DNA from: the human T2T-CHM13v2.0 reference genome, Homo sapiens
Length of the DNA: 64,000 nt
Reading direction: 5' to 3'
Assembly (NCBI GenBank): GCA_009914755.4
Contig: CP068257.2
Coordinates: 17,696,001-17,760,000, forward strand
Position numbers and translations under genes: made by a program. The notes beneath the pieces were generated by a model. That model did no database searches, had not been told where the DNA came from, and worked only from the letters and a program-made list of their open reading frames with translations. Shown here in pieces: positions 1-14,428 of the stretch (the stretch's first letter is position 1; the number at the start of each line of letters is the position of its first letter).

Positions 1-3000
1 CTTCCAATGGCAATGAAGTTCATGCACCAAGTGGAAAGCATATTAGCGCCTGACACTGATTATTAAAGTTAGATTCTATATCCGATTACATTTAATTATT
101 CAGAAGCTCTGTAGCATGTAATAAGATATCCTCAAGTATAATTAGAAGCACAGCAATATCTTTTTTAAAAAAACTATTTGTAGAATCTTAACAGCAATTA
201 CTATATCATATAGGTTTTTCTAAGCTTTCAGGCAGGTTTTTCTAACCATTTACTGATTTCCTTTTATGGATAGATGAGTTTTCTGCTTTTGTAAAATCAA
301 TATATAAAGGCATCTCCCCCCTCCAGCAAAAAACATTTGCCTGCTATATAATTAATTATAATTATAAGCTTTATATTGATCTTTAGTCTAAACACAACTC
401 ACCTCTCCTGTACATGAACATTAAACACATTTCTTCAACAAAACTGTACTTAATAATGTAACACAATACCCTTAGCTTCTTTTAATAACATTCTGTTTAT
501 AACACTTGACACAATGTGCTCTTCCTGTAAGTGAAACATGAACGCTATGTTCAGTAAGTAATACTGTATAAAATAAACAACAAGATTATATTTTTAATAT
601 TCTGGTATAAACAAACTTGCATTCTTATAGGTTGGAAGAAAGCCATAAATACAAGGTTTATGGTATTGATTCATTTTTCAATTCAGATACATGTTTACTC
701 TTAGCAATAAGGTAACTTTTCAATTATTCAACACATTCTCATCTTATACATGTTACAATATTAGAGGTTTGACCAAGATCTTACTTTATGTTCTTAATTC
801 CAAATAATGACTTGAACTACCTGTTCTTTGACAAACCTAAACTAAACTACTACTTTTGATGTTAATTGATTTCCTCGTCTTATCTCTCCCAAAGGAATGC
901 ATAAGAGCAACAAACTCTGGTATTTTTAACACCTATTTTTGTGGTAATCCTCATAGCATAATCCTGCTTTGTGAAAATACAAACCAGATATTGCTAACAT
1001 TAATCCCTTATTTTAGAGGAAAAAAGCTAACAGATAATATTTAAAATATTAGCGGAGAAAGCAATGAATTTATTTGTGATTTCAATACTGAAGTCTTTGT
1101 TACTCATTTTTAAACTATATAGCTTTCTTGTAGGGAGAGCATGTCCATTTTATGAATGTAAACCTGGCACTCTATCTAGATACTCCAACCGTGAAAGCCA
1201 AATTACAATCTCCAACTTCTCAATACAAATCCACCAATCATTTGCTCTGCAATGTTGCCCTTCACAATAGTGATGAAACTTCCTTCTTGAAAACACTTTT
1301 GAGTATTAAAATTTACTTTAAATATATATCACAGAAATAGACACTTTGTAAAGGAGGACAAGAGACTCATAATTTGTTAAATATGTTTCATGACTGTACA
1401 TAACTGGAAAATTACTGTATGGATGTCCAAAAGTTTGACTTCAAATTTGAGAAATCTAAGCTGGTAAATAACATATTTTAGCATAATTTGGCTTGTTTGG
1501 AAAAGTTGGTGGGCTGGTATGCAAATGTTGTTGGGAAAATAAGTTATGTTAAATCATCAGAGTTCTGTTATGAAGAAGAAGATACATATTGACTTCCTAA
1601 ATGTAAGAAGAAGTATAAACTCTGCAAATCTACTCAGATAGTTAGGGGCTGTTCTTTTTAAAATCCTACTTCTTTAATTATTGGAGGCAAGGGGACTTAA
1701 TGCCAGGAAATTTCTGTAAAATGTATGGCAATTCTAGGAGCATTGTAACATATATTCTCATTCTATTCAGTATTAAAATACACTACTACTATTACAGACA
1801 TTTAATTAAATTTGGTTGATGTTGGAAGAGTGGTGTCGAATGTTACATTAAACTATTTCCCAAATTGCAGTGTTTATTTATTGAATTTAAGAGGTATTAT
1901 TATGGAATTACAGCTGCATTACCACCTGTGTGACTTTTGATTGAAATTAGGAAAGTGTTGAAGGTTTGTTTCAGTTATCAGACAAATTTTTTTATCAATC
2001 ACTGACACAGCTGTGATGAGGCATACATACAGCAGCAAGAATAAGAGAAAAATAAAACAATGATGTTTTTCTTATTTTCCTTCTCAATTCTTATAAGTTA
2101 CACATGAGAAACATTAATAGGGTTATTTGGGAATGTTATGGAGTTGTGAGTATTTCACTTCTTAAGGACATGAAATGTGTATTTTTAAAAATGTGAACAC
2201 TCAAGTTTGTTTATGGTGGGAAAAAGTGCAGTTTTGTGATTAGTGGAGCATTTAGATTGTGAATAATACACAACAATAAGAATGTTTCACTTCTTTTTAT
2301 ACCCATTTTTCTCCACAAAAGTAATTCTAACCTTAAATGGTGTTTCTATAAATCTGTCACTGAATCAATATGCTTTAATGGAGATAAAATGGAACAGGAT
2401 GATGCTCCAGTGATATAATCTAATATGTCTTTAATTACTTTGAATTTCTTACTACTGTGATCAAACCATGCCAGCAATTTAAATATTTTCATTGCGTAAC
2501 ATAAAATGCTGTCCATGCAAACTAAAGAATAACATTAATTATATTCTTATATTTAAGTCTTTTCCGCATCTAAAGGTACTGAATTTAGCATGCCCTCTAG
2601 TTGAAACTTCAGTACTATTACAACATAGACTGACGACAAATCCAGTTTTATCTCTCTCCTATTGCACACCCCCCTGAAACAAGCATATTAAATTATATGA
2701 GGTTGAAAAATATCTTTATGTTTGAAAATTTAATATTTTTTCACTTGAAACAGTGTAAACCTTCAAATTGTAGCCATTGAAGATGTATTAACGTCATGAA
2801 CTTACAAGCCTGTGCAACATACCCACGTAGGCATGTGTGAGCACACAAATGTGGTACTAATCTCTTTGAATATGTCAGGATCAAAGAAGTTGCAACAAAA
2901 GAATAAGGAAGCCAGTTAAACATTTCTGGTGTTCCTATGTTTGTTTATTTAGTTTTCCTCAGTCCTTTTTATGTTGCTACTAAATCAATGTATCAGACAG

Positions 3001-4936
3001 ATTATAGCCTCAACTCTAATGATTTTGGGTGTAATGGAAAGCTTTACTATTTCAATCTGGATTAATTTAATAGCAGTACTCATGAGGCTATACCACCTTA
3101 TTTGAACCTATTGATAAAGTTTCATTATAATTGCCCCACATCTATTTCTTGCAAGAGTTCCGCAGTCTGCACTGTTAGTGCGGGCAATTATTTATTCCTC
3201 TGAAAGTAGAATGCCGTTGAGTTCTGTTTTGATAGTTGGCTTTTTCTTAATGTGTAAAATTCTCTGTAAGGGCAGATTTACTTGTGTTGCTCCTGAAAAC
3301 ATAATACAACAGATTGTGGTGTCCATTAGGTGAGATGCAAAATGTCTTCATTTGATGCTTAATACAAAGTGAAATTCTTTAAAAATTGAATTATTTCAAT
3401 AACCAAGTAATATGGAAAAAATGGAATTAAATATTTTCGTTTAATCATCAAGAAGCTGACAGTAGTCCATATGAAAAATTGCTTCTAGGACAAGCTAAGT
3501 GTTTGATGGGAGTTTGGAAGAGGCATTCAGCATTTTGTTCTCAAATAAATGTCAACAATTTAGTATTAATGCGTCCCTTAATTATCAAGTTTTCTTTTTT
3601 TTATTAGATTGACTGGCATCCCTGTTGGTATTACTAGTATATTTGTGGTAGGGCAACTATTAGCTAAACATGGGTTACTGTTTATTGCATTGAATTTCTA
3701 TTTATTATGTAGAAGGAAAGATAAACTCTCACAGCTGATTCATATATGTAAGGGATTTAGCAATATATATTCATTGAAATTTTTTTATTTACAATTTGAC
3801 ACATAATTTTCTTGAGTTCTTATTCTGGCTGTAGTACTATTACTGAATATTCTTCAGGCTAAATAGAACAATTTCCATCCCTTGCCTGCATGTACTAACT
3901 ATTCTTTCATGAAATTCTAGTGCCTATAGAGAGTTCTCCCATTTACCTCAAAGAACTCATCTATTTTGCTTAGCTCGACTTTGCTTCAAACCAGCAGATT
4001 TATCATTGGTAGAATTCAATGTTAAATAGTTTGAACATAACCTTGAAGTGAATTCTCTTCTTTCCTTGTACTCAATTACCCTCTTTGCGCTTTTCATAAA
4101 GTAAAGGACTGTGCAAAGTTGCACTGTCAGTGCAGCCAAGACCCAAGTGGTAGAAGTAGGAAATGCTCTGGGGAATACTGCAAATGTAATTTCTGCTTCT
4201 TGCTTGGAAGTCTGAAGCCAGCAACAGTCTAATAGAAACCCTTTGCTTTCTGGATGATCCATTTACAGAGTGATAAGCACTGCTGTGGAGTTAATATCAT
4301 TTCCAGAAGCAGACCTTTTCATACAGTTAACTATGTGTAAAATTGTCTTCCTTTTCTTCCTTATTTGACGTATATACCAAATTTATAACCAGTCTGGCAT
4401 GTACTTCCACTAAACATTCTGATCTTCCTCTTAGTATTTGATTTATGATCACTTGAAAAAGAGGTATGCCTAGAATGCTTTATTACATATATTTTCTTGA
4501 TACATTTTGCTTAGTTTTTTAAATTCTAATGAGTCTTTAATTTTCAAATTCATTTTTCTTAATATTTTATCATTCTAAAATGTGAAGTAATTTATCTGCT
4601 TTTTTTTCTTCTATGAACATACTCTTTTAGTGCTTGTATATTCTTCTCCATAGGGCATCATTTTCCTTACCCATACAGAGTAATGTACTGTTAATAACTC
4701 TGTATTGGAATGAACAATACTTTATATACAAAGTCCGAGTGATCCTGCCCACGTTTCCCTTTTGTTACATTGTGTCAACTCAGTTTGTTATCAATAAATC
4801 AACTTTGGAAATCTTAGCATACTACATAGTAAATTATTAACCTCGTTATTTGCAAAGTTGAAGGTTATTATCAAAATTATTCCTTTTGAGTAAGCCATTT
4901 ATGCCTAGGCTAGCCAAATATAAAAGCTGTATCATT

Positions 4937-5236
<300 letters not shown>

Positions 5237-5895
5237 CTATATCATTTATTAAATTACAAATCGGGATGCTCTTCACATTAACATTGATGATTGGATTTGT
5301 TTTTATATTGGTATCAATTTAATGCAGTAACTGTTAGATTTTTACAAATATGTGACACACATGTACCCTGGAAGTATGTATGTTTACTATGCATCAATCG
5401 ATCAATAAATAATCGAATGTGCGAGATACACTATTTTTGTTTGTCTTGTGTAACTATTCTATAAAAACAGAGCCTGTGGCAATGGAAATGTGCAGCTACT
5501 TACTAGTTGTTGAGATCTCTCACAATTTCTATATCCTCATGGAAAATCCTTGCTTAAAGAGAGAAACTTGTACTTGAATTCTTATTCTGCTACTAACCTA
5601 AGGATTAATGATTCGCTGAAACTTACTTGACTTCAATATTTCCACATATAAAATGTTGGCCAAAATACTACAGTGATTAATTTTGCCTGTATTGGCAAAA
5701 AGAAAAAAAAAAGAAAATAATCACATAAGCGCCTTAAACCTAATGGGAAATTATTGTCTTGTTGTTATAGGAATACCTGAACTAAGTGTGGCTCCAGAGC
5801 TATTTAATGCTGTGACTTGTCTGCTTCATCAGGGACTCACTTTGCTTTCACTTTTTTTTTTGCACCACCATTTTAACATTCCATCTGTTTTTTGT

Positions 5896-6194
<299 letters not shown>

Positions 6195-8469
6195 TCCGTC
6201 TGGTTTTTAATTTAGTAACATTTATTGATTCAACATGAGATAGCAATTTTGACATTCAATTTTTTGCTTCCTATTTTGTAAAGTTAAAGAAACCCTTCCC
6301 AGAAGCCCTACAGAAAGTTCCTACCAATTACTCCATGAACAGAACTGCATCACACATTTCACATCTAATCCAGTCTCTCTGGTAGGTGTACTGAAACCAC
6401 AGTGCTTAGCTGAGGTCAGTAAGGACTTGATAGTGGTGGATGCCCAAACAAACTAGAGCCTCTGGCAGCAGAAAGTAAGCAGAGATAGATGCTAGGTAGA
6501 TAATTAGAAAGACACCCTACAAATGTAGTAAGTTTGTTGTCCATGGTAGAATGAGTATATCCGTAAGTCACCCAGCACAGTAGCTGTCACATAGCGATGC
6601 TTAAAGAAAAAAGTAAACTTAAATTACTGCATTCTACCCCAATATATTGAACTTCTACAATGTTTCAGGTACCCTGAAGCCACTAGCAACATAAATGTAT
6701 TGAACACATTTGCTGAAGTCAAACACCTAATGATGGACGAGTCAAAAAATACAGTATATAAATAAAACATACAAACATATGGACATACTGACTCACAAGT
6801 TAATGATACGGATGCTATGATAAAGGGAAGCACATACTGAAATGAACAAAAATAAGAGAGTATTAATCACAGATTTGGATGCAAGAGTGAGAAGCAAGTG
6901 GGAGTCAAATCTGAGTGAATATAATGATGGTGTACTTTATTCTAAATGTATGTTTTTGCCAGTCAGGGGAAGAAGAATAAATTAGATTTTCTGGGGGAAA
7001 TCCTACACTATGAATTGTAGGGACAATCCTACTATTAGGAACATACAAGGAGAAAGGATGATTGTAGAGGTATAGGTCTCTGCTTCCGGTCATATTTGGT
7101 TAGCAGGGAAGGGCTTCATCCTTTTTCAAATGTAACAAATTTGTACTGCATGTAATATTGAAAAGATTTGTAATTTTGGTAATATTTCAATAATAGTGAA
7201 AAATATTGGCAAACTTAAATTTAGAAAATTCTAAGCAACATTAGGACACATGGTATATGTTTAACATTAAGTTAAATGAGGGTATTAAAGATATAAATAT
7301 GGTTTACATAGGAAAATAGTATATTCAAGGCAAGAAAATATTTTTCTATTTTGTTTCAACCATTTTGTAGTTTTTCTTGAGAGTAAAGATTTTCTGATTT
7401 CTAAGTTATTTTGTAGAAATTGGAATAAATGCCACAGAGGAATTTTGGCCTCATAAAGTATATCAAACACTTTATGGCTCCTGTTTCATTTTCGTACTTC
7501 CTAGTCCTTTTAAACACAGCAAACACGCCTTGGGGTTTTCCTTAAAGTCATTTTGAAAGTGTGTTTCTGCTATGACCCATCAGTATGAAATATGGTTTTC
7601 TGATAGCATGCTGGCTAAAATAAGTTTTCTTCTTTTTTTCATAGATGGATGGCAGGTTGTATATGTTAGGCCTCTCTATGTGTCTTTATGTCAAGAATTC
7701 AAACATGTTATTGAGAAATGGTGCTTTAAAATGCAAACATGCAATATAGGTTCAAAAGATCTTCTACCATGGAAGGTTATTTAATTATATTTCAAAACTA
7801 ATTTGAGGTTCAAAAGAAACAGAAGCCAAATCAACTGTTAAATTTCTATTTAACTGATTAATGTATTTACATGTTATAATGAAAACCCAACATTAAACTT
7901 AATACTTTTATTTTACACTTTACATGTGACATACCTGTCTCAAGCTCTTTTCTTTTAGGAAGTTCTGATGATTGCAGGTCACGTTCCAGTCTATGTCATA
8001 TAATGTGTTAACAAGTACCACAAATTTCCGTAGATCTTGATGCAGTGGTGTGAGATTGCATTTTTCTGTCACTTACTATATATAATTATCAGCTCTAAGT
8101 AGCCAGTTAGTACTTACATAGGATCCAGTGGCTATTCTTTTTCTGTTTCTTGCACTGCATGTGGAAAGGCATTCTCCTTCAATGCTCATAGTTTAAGTGT
8201 GATAAGCTGTTTGAAATAACAAAAACGTTTTATTTAAGGGATAAACAAAGACTGTAACAGCATAATGCAGAACAAGAAACACATTAAACACAGGTAATTA
8301 GCAAGATATACTTAAATTTTTGACACTGAAGATGTCTTGATTGCTTTCTTTCTCTTCAGATCTGAGTTTGCCAATTTCTGTTTAGCATTCCTTTTCTACT
8401 GAGACTCTTATATCATTTATTGCCCATATTTTGGGCCATAAAACAAGCTTCAACACATTTTTTAGAAAA

Positions 8470-8835
8470 ATAAAATCATACAGAATCTGTTCTCTGATGC
8501 TGATGGAATCAAATTAGAGTTAAATACCAGGGAAATCATACAAAATTTTCACACTCAGAAATTAAGCAAGATACTTCTAAAAATACAGAGATTAAAAAAG
8601 TCTTACAAAGAACAAAAAATATGTTCGGGTAAATGAAAATAAAAAGAGAATATACCAAAATTTCTGGGATGCAGGTAAAGCAGTGCTGAGAAGGAAATTT
8701 ATAGCACTAAACACTTACATCACAAAGGTGGAAAAATCATGAATCAACCATCTAAGCTTGCAGTTTAAGAAACTAAGGAAAAAAATATATACTTAACATG
8801 GCAGAGGAGATATCATAATCACAAAGGTAGTTTTC
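8470..8835 (+). mobile_element. L1 fragment (older L1M/L1PB-like), ORF2 N-terminal region
   Basis: The + strand matches L1 ORF2 sense sequence: ...ccaaaatttctgggatgcaggtaaagcagtgctgagaaggaaatttatagcactaaacacttacatcacaaag... Compare L1 ...aacttatgggatgcagcaaaagcagtgctaagagggaagtttatagc. Confidence 0.7.
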
Positions 8836-9171
8836 CCAGGGCAAGCCTTATCCACTGCATTCCAGATGTGCTCACCTCTGTGGTTTCCCCAAATGTGGAA
8901 AACTGGACTGCATAATTTGTGGTAGCGGGGGACTGCATTAATACCTTCCTCTGGCTTTTTATTTTATTTTGTTCATTTTTTTAATTTAAAAAATAGTGAG
9001 AAAAGAAGAAAATAAGCCCAATGCCAGCAGAATGAAGGAAATAATAAAGATAATAACAGAAATAAATGAAATTGAAAAAAGAAAAAAAAAACAGAAAAAT
9101 CAATAAAGAAGTGAATTTTTTAAAAAGACCAACACAGCTGACAAGATTTTAGCACAAGTGACACAGAATTT

Positions 9172-10483
9172 TATATATATATATATATACATATAGGTCT
9201 ATATATATGTCTCTCTATATGTCTACATGTCTATATATATGTCTATGTCTATATGTCTATAGTCTATGTCTATATCTCTATATGTCTATCTGTCTATATC
9301 TATGTCTATCTATATCTATGTCTATATATATGTCTATATGTCTATATATGATGTCTATGTCTATATATGTCTATATATGTCTATATGTCTATATGTCTAT
9401 ATGTCTGTCTATATATGTCTATATGTCTATATATGTCTATAAATATGTCTATATATGTCTATATGTCTATATATGTCTATGTCTATATATATGTCTATAT
9501 ATGTCTATATGTCTGTCTATATATGTCTATATGTATGTCTATATATGTCTATATGTCTATATATGTCTATAAATGTCTATATATATGTCTATATGTCTAT
9601 ATATATGTCTATATATGTCTATATATGTCTATATATATGTCTATATATGTCTATATATGTCTATATATGTCTATGTCTATATATATGTCTATATATGTCT
9701 ATATATGTCTATATATGTCTACATATATGTCTATATATATGTCTATATATGTCTATATATATGTCTATATGTCTATATGTCTATATATATGTCTATATAT
9801 GTCTATATATGTCTATATATGTCTATATATATGTCTATATATATTCTATATATATGTCTATATGTCTATATATGTCTATATATGTCTATATATATGTCTA
9901 TATATATGTCTATATATATGTCTATATATATATGTCTATATATATGTCTATATATATGTCTATATATATGTCTATATATATATGTCTATATATATGTCTA
10001 TATATATGTCTATATATATGTCTATATATATGTCTATATATGTCTATATATATATGTCTATATATATGTCTATATATATGTCTATATATATGTCTATATA
10101 TATGTCTATATATATATGTCTATATATATGTCTATATATATGTCTATATATATGTCTATATATATATGTCTATATATATGTCTATATATATATGTCTATA
10201 TATATGTCTATATATATATGTCTATATATATGTCTATATATATATGTCTATATATATGTCTATATATATATGTCTATATATATGTCTATATATATATGTC
10301 TATATATATGTCTATATATATATGTCTATATATATGTCTATATATATATGTCTATATATATGTCTATATATATATGTCTATATATATGTCTATATATATA
10401 TGTCTATATATATGTCTATATATATGTCTATATATATGTCTATATATATATGTCTATATATATGTCTATATATATATATATTT
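9172..10483. repeat. Compound TA-rich tandem repeat / minisatellite, (TATATGTC)n-like, ~1.3 kb
   Basis: Direct reading shows continuous units gtctat / gtctatat / gtctatatat / gtctatatatat. The 5' third is degenerate, with gtctgtctat and gtctatgtctat variants. The 3' two-thirds form a near-perfect alternation of 12- and 14-nt units. Confidence 0.95.
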
Positions 10484-11289
10484 ACCCAGAAACTCTGAGA
10501 CAGGTCTTCATTAATGCAGAAAGTTTATTTTGCCAAGGTTGAGGACACACGCCTGTGACACAGCCTCAGGAAATCCTGAGGACATGTGTCCAGGATGGTT
10601 GGGGCACAGCTTGGTTTTACACATTTTAGGGGGACATAAGACACCAATCAATATATGTCAGAAGTATGTAAGAAGAATGAGACACAAATGAACATACGTA
10701 GGAAGTACACTGGTTCAGTCTGGAAAGGTGGGACAACTCAAAGCAACTGAAAACAACTCAAAGCAAAGGCAGAAAGAAGCAAGGAGGGGCTTCCAGGTCA
10801 CAGATAAATGAGAGACAAGTGGTTACATTTTTTTGAGTTTCTGGTTAGCCTTTCCAAAGGAGGCAATCATATATGTATTTATCTCAGTGAGCAGAGAGAC
10901 AACTTTAAATAGAAAGAAAGGCAGGTTTGCCCTAATCAGTTCCCAGCTTGAATTTTCCGTTTAGCTTAGTGATTTTGGAGGCCCAAAATATCTTGGGGGC
11001 CTAAGATATTTACCTTTCTCTATATAGATAAGACATAGATATATAATATATATGCAAATGCAGATGTAACACACAGTAAACAGATAGGAAGAGAACACTA
11101 AGAACAAGTCTACAGACATAAATTCAGCCACTGAGATGATAATCAATTTATTAAAAAGTACAAGCTACCAAAACTCAACCAATATAAAGTAAATAATTTA
11201 AATTCCCTTGTAGCAATTAAATCAGTTGAATTTGTACTTCAAAATTTCTTCCCAAAATATATCTCCAGTTACTAATGGTTGTGCCAGAG

Positions 11290-11905
11290 AATTCTTTTAA
11301 AGCTTAGAGAAAAATTAACACTGATTTTATCCATTCTTCTAGAAAATGAATGAAGAAAGAACAATTTACAACTCATTTTATGAATCCAGTATTACCCACA
11401 TATTAAAATCAAACACAGGCAGTATAAAAAAGGAAAACTACAGACCAGACTTCCTCATGAACACAGGTGCAAAATATATAGCGAATAAAATATGCCAATA
11501 TATAAAATTGATTATAGACTGTGACCAGGGGCTTTTATTCCAGAGATGCAAGGCTGGTTTAGTATTTAAAATCAGTCAATATAATCCACTTTATTAATAA
11601 ATTAGAATAAAAAGATACATAATTTTATAAACTGAAAAAATTAGAAACAGAGGAAAACCTCTTCAACTTGATAAAAGACATTATAGGAAACCTACAGCTA
11701 TTATATTTAATGATTAATAACTATATTTTCTTCTTAGATCAAGAATAAGGCAAGGATATCTGTTATCACTTCTCTTATTCAACATTGTCCTGCCATAGTA
11801 TCGTTCCCATTGATTGAAAATTAAAAAAAAAACTGCCCTATTTGGTAATGATATGATTGTATATGTATAAAATTCCAAGGAATGTGCACAAAAACTTCAA
11901 TAATG
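11290..11905 (+). mobile_element. L1 fragment, ORF2 reverse-transcriptase region (old family)
   Basis: Sense-strand similarity to L1 ORF2. The segment ...tttatgaatccagtattacccacatattaaaatcaaacacaggcag...aaaactacagaccagacttcctcatgaacacaggtgcaaaatat... matches L1 cattttatgaggccagcatcatcctgataccaaagc...gagaattttagaccaatatccttgatgaacattgatgcaaaaatcc. The later tcaagaataaggcaaggatatctgttatcacttctcttattcaacattgtcctg matches the L1 ggatgccctctctcaccgctcctattcaacatagtg region. Confidence 0.7.
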
Positions 11906-12226
<321 letters not shown>

Positions 12227-12229
12227 TCA

Positions 12230-13690
12230 ACAACTTGTAGTAAAATCACTAAATTAACATAGTTTTAGATCCTGACATGAGAAAGGTTTAGTTAAGATTA
12301 ACAACTGTGCAGGGGAACACAAAAGTAAGAAAAAGCTATTGTGCTGGTCCCGAACTTAAAAGAAAATCAAGAAATTGCCTACAGGTCCTTAGTCATTCCC
12401 CATGCACATACACAAGAAATAAAAGTGGAGGATTCAGAAAGTAGATTTTAAAAAGAAAACCAAAGCAGAAAAAAGATTGCACAGATTGCAGTGTGTAAAT
12501 GATGCCAAAATTACCACAGAAAGTTTGGAGACTACTACATGGGGAGATGCTGCAAAATCCTCAAAATATCCAACAAAAACACCTTTCCAAGATGACAGGG
12601 ACCCACACTGGGAAGAAATATCTGCAGAAAATAGACTGTCTATTTAACTGAATAGAAATATTGGAAATAAAGAAGCGAGAGAAGATGAAGATACAGTGGT
12701 TGTCTAGTTGTCTAGAGATTTATATCTCCAGGTGACTACAAAGAGAGGTTTGATTTATATATACATAGACCCATCTAGATGTTTTCTATAGGGAGCCTAC
12801 TATAAAGTAAAGGCTCAGGTAGAGTAAACATAAAAAGGTGGAGATGGATATACCACCATAACATTAATAAAAATAATCCTATAGTTGCTTTCTTAAATTC
12901 AGACACAGTAGAGTTTACAATACAAAAAATTATCAGTGACAAAGAGGGGTGTTATGTCATGATAAATGGGTCAGTTTTTCAAGAATACTGTAAAAAATCC
13001 TGAAGGTATATGTACCTAACAACACAGTATCAAATCATATGAGATAAAATTGGACAAAACTACAATGAGAAATTGACAAATTAATTATCATTATTTGAGA
13101 CTTCAATACCTCTCTCAGCAACTGATTGATTAAGCGAGTAGAAAATAAGAATAGTGGTTGACCTGAACAGCATCATCAATTAACTTCATCCAATCGACAT
13201 TGATAAGAGTATTTCATTCAACGACAATAAAATACACATTCTTCTCAATTTCACATGGAACAATCAGCAAGATAGACCATATTGTGGACCATAAAACACC
13301 TTAAAACAATTGAGGAATGAAAATTATGCAAAATATGTTCTGAGACCAAAGTGGAATTAAACTAGTAATCAATTACAGAAAGATAGCTGGAAAATCACCA
13401 AATATTTGGACATTAAAGAACACACTCCTATATAATACATGGATCAAAAATGTCTCAAGAGAAATTTAAAAATATTTCAAACTATTAAAAATAATAAAAA
13501 CTTATCAAAACTTCTAAGATTTAGCAAAGGTAGTGCTTAGGAAGATATTTATAGCATTACATGCATATATTAAAAAAGATGAAGGATTGAAAATCAGTCA
13601 TCTACACTTCCACTTTGGGAATGGAGAGAAAGGAGCAATTTAACTCTAAAGAAGCAAAACAAAACAAACAATAAAACATAAAGATAACAA
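12230..13690 (+). mobile_element. L1 fragment (old L1M/L1PB-like): end of ORF1, inter-ORF and ORF2 endonuclease domain
   Basis: 12830-13690 reads as the L1 ORF2 EN region in sense: ...attatttgagacttcaatacctctctcagcaactgat..., ...aatacacattcttctcaatttcacatggaacaatcagcaagatagaccatattgtggaccataaaacac..., ...aagaacacactcctatataatacatggatcaaa.... The upstream part (12230-12830) resembles the ORF1 end more weakly. Confidence 0.7.
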
Positions 13691-14123
13691 GTAGGATATA
13701 CTTTCTCAAACCTCGGCCATTACAATGTGTCTTCTTACAATTTTGAAACTGGGGTTGAGAGAGTCAGACACGTTTGTTTGTCACAAAAACCATCATCTTG
13801 ATCCTCGTCCTTGTCTCCTCCTACTCCTCTCCCTTCTCCTTCCTCACAATAACCAAGGATATGAATAGCTGTAGGCTATTTAGCATGACCATTTTAAAAC
13901 AAATGCTCATATTATCTTTCTTTAAAAACATTTTAGTTGGAAACTAGAAGCTTACATTTGGATGCATCTATCTGTTCTGTGAAATTCTTTATTAAATGAA
14001 CAACATGGATCAAATTTAGTTATATGAGAATTACCATGATGTAACCATGAAGGAATATGATGATATTTAGAAAAATATTACACTAGAAATTGAGCTACCT
14101 ATTCTGAACACTTCATATTGTGA

Positions 14124-14428
<305 letters not shown>

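Noticed and set aside
3957-4262. 101-aa minus-strand ORF in apparently unique sequence
   Set aside because: It has no recognisable protein motif, is not flanked by plausible splice or promoter signals, and its AT-rich context gives chance ORFs of this size. It is not supportable as a gene from sequence alone.
9172-10483. Could the regular repeat array be a CRISPR array?
   Set aside because: Units are 8-14 nt with no unique spacers between them. The sequence context is primate, with Alu and L1 throughout. The array is a microsatellite or minisatellite.
9207-10542. Four long overlapping + strand ORFs (121-391 aa) rich in Y/I/C/L/S/M ([12 protein letters not shown]...)
   Set aside because: They are straight translations of the (TATATGTC)n tandem array. 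ATG recurs because the unit contains atgtc, and stops (TAA/TAG/TGA) are avoided only by frame. The composition is repeat-driven and there is no coding signal.
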